Assembly (NCBI RefSeq): GCF_009914755.1
Contig: NC_060942.1
DNA from: the human T2T-CHM13v2.0 reference genome, Homo sapiens
Reading direction: 5' to 3' (one strand)
DNA: 64,000 nt
Shown: in pieces, positions 62,062 through 64,000 of the stretch
Layout of the letters: each line of letters starts with the position of its first letter
Position numbering within the stretch: position 1 is the stretch's first letter
Program-made: the position numbers and the translations under genes
Notes under the pieces: generated by a model
What the model was told of the DNA's origin: nothing
Seen by the model: only the letters and a program-made list of their open reading frames with translations
Databases searched by the model: none

Positions 62062-63192
62062 TAGGTTTTCTAGAATGCAGGTAAGTGTGGGCCTAATTCT
62101 CCCACACACTTTTTTTTTTTTTTTTTTGAGACAAAGTCTCACTCTATCGCTCAGGCTGGAGTGCAGTGGAGTGATCTTGGCTTACTACAACCTCCGCCTC
62201 CCGGGTCCAAGTGATTCTCCTTCCTCAACCTTCCGAGTAGCTGGGATTACAAGTGCCTGCTACCACGCCTGGCTAATTTTTGTATTTTTAGTTGAGATGG
62301 GTTTTCGCCATGTTGGCCAAGTTACCATGTTGGCCAAGTTGGTCTCAAACTCTTGATCTCAAGTGATCTGCCCACCTTGGCCTCCAAAAGTGCTGGCATT
62401 ACAGGTTTGAGCCACGGTGCCCAACCCCAATCCTTCCCCTTTTTGGGAAACAGAAATGCCCATGTATGTGGAGCTAAGTGAGACAGAGGGGTTGTCATGC
62501 TTCACTATCCCCTTGTCCCATGCTGCAATCCGTTATTTCAGACGTGAGGAAGGCCCATCTTGTGGTGTGAGGCAGTGGGCTCATCCTGGGGAACAGCCAC
62601 ACGCCCTCTAAGCCAAAACACCTGCTAAGGAGGAAGGAGACTGTCTCCTCACACCATGCCTGTCGCCACCCTTTGCTCTAACAAGGGTACTAGATAATAA
62701 TACTGCTGTGGTACACCTAGCACTTAGCTTGGGCCCAGCCTGCACCCAGGGACTTACATAATGATGTTTGTCATCAACCCACTAGGCAGGGGTTGTTAGC
62801 CCTGTGTACAGATGAGGAACCGAGGCTCAGGGAGATGAAGTTTCTCTCCCAAGGCCCCCAGCAATGGCAGAGGGAGTTGAAGCAGGTCGGTCTACCCCAA
62901 AGCCTGTGTTGTTGAGCACCGAGGCTCCAAGTGCTCAGATGAATCACCTCGCGTCTGTCTGGGTATCAATTATCAGGCAGCTGTGCCCGTGCTCCGGGGT
63001 CCCCTGTGATTAACCATTTGCCACCCCCAAGGCTGCGCTGCATCCCAGCTGCTCTGTCTCCTGGTTAGGAGCTCAACACAACCACAAGCACCATCATCAC
63101 AGGACTCGTGCCATCTAATTAAGGGACTCAGTCTAGCGTAGGCTCGTATGATTTTCTACTACTATAACGATTGTAAATCTTTATGTATTTAA

Positions 63193-63417
<225 letters not shown>

Positions 63418-64000
63418 TAGCTTGGATTACAGGAATGTGCCACTATGCCTGGCTAATTTTTGTAGAGATGAGGTTTCACCATGTTGCCCAGGCTGGTCTC
63501 TATCTCCTGAGCTCAAGTGATCTGCCTGCCTCGGCCTCCCAGTGCTGGGTTTGCAGGCATGAGCCACTGTGCCCAGTCAGGATGGCTATTCTTATGATAA
63601 AGGCTAAGATATTTATTCTTCTTTCCCGCTTTGGAATTCATATACCTGAGAACTCTATGATTCACCCTCTCACTACTAATTTTAGAAAACAAGCTGTCCT
63701 TTTCCATTCCCTCAAAAACAATAGGAGTCCAAGTAATAAATGAACACTAGGAAGTCATAGCATCATATGTAACATGTTTAGCATCCTCCCTCCTGACATG
63801 GATGCTGTTCACATGTTCACTGATAAGGAGCCTGAGATTCAGAGAGGTTCAGTGGTGTGTTCACATAGCTGAGACTAGAATCCAGGTCTCCTAACTCTCA
63901 GTCTTGCCCCCTTTCTGCCAATACAGTGTCTCTCTTGTATTTCTAGATCAAGGCAAAGAGGACACTTTGATAGTTCTCCCCACACTTGTGTGTCCATGAT

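Overview
Human (or very closely related hominid) genomic DNA at the LIPG (endothelial lipase) locus. Bases 1-34 kb are repeat-dense upstream sequence: a multiply nested ERV complex (1-12.7 kb), several solo LTRs with readable target-site duplications, DNA-transposon and L2 relics, and many Alus. A CpG-island promoter spans about 34.5-36.2 kb. LIPG coding exons 1-9 follow on the + strand (36123-60676); they splice by GT-AG into one open frame of 1481 nt, and the last exon lies beyond the window. Intron 5 carries a full-length antisense SVA_F-type retrotransposon with 55 perfect GGGAGA hexamers on the LIPG sense strand. Other points of interest: the Thr111Ile allele; an in-frame alternative first exon that would remove the signal peptide; intronic polyadenylation after exon 6; an ~85-bp direct repeat flanking exon 8; a decayed copy of the exon 5 3' end; and perfect NF-kB motifs inside upstream LTRs. 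I see no RNA genes, CRISPR arrays or convincing new protein-coding system. Repeat subfamily names come from recognising consensus sequences from memory and need RepeatMasker/Dfam confirmation.
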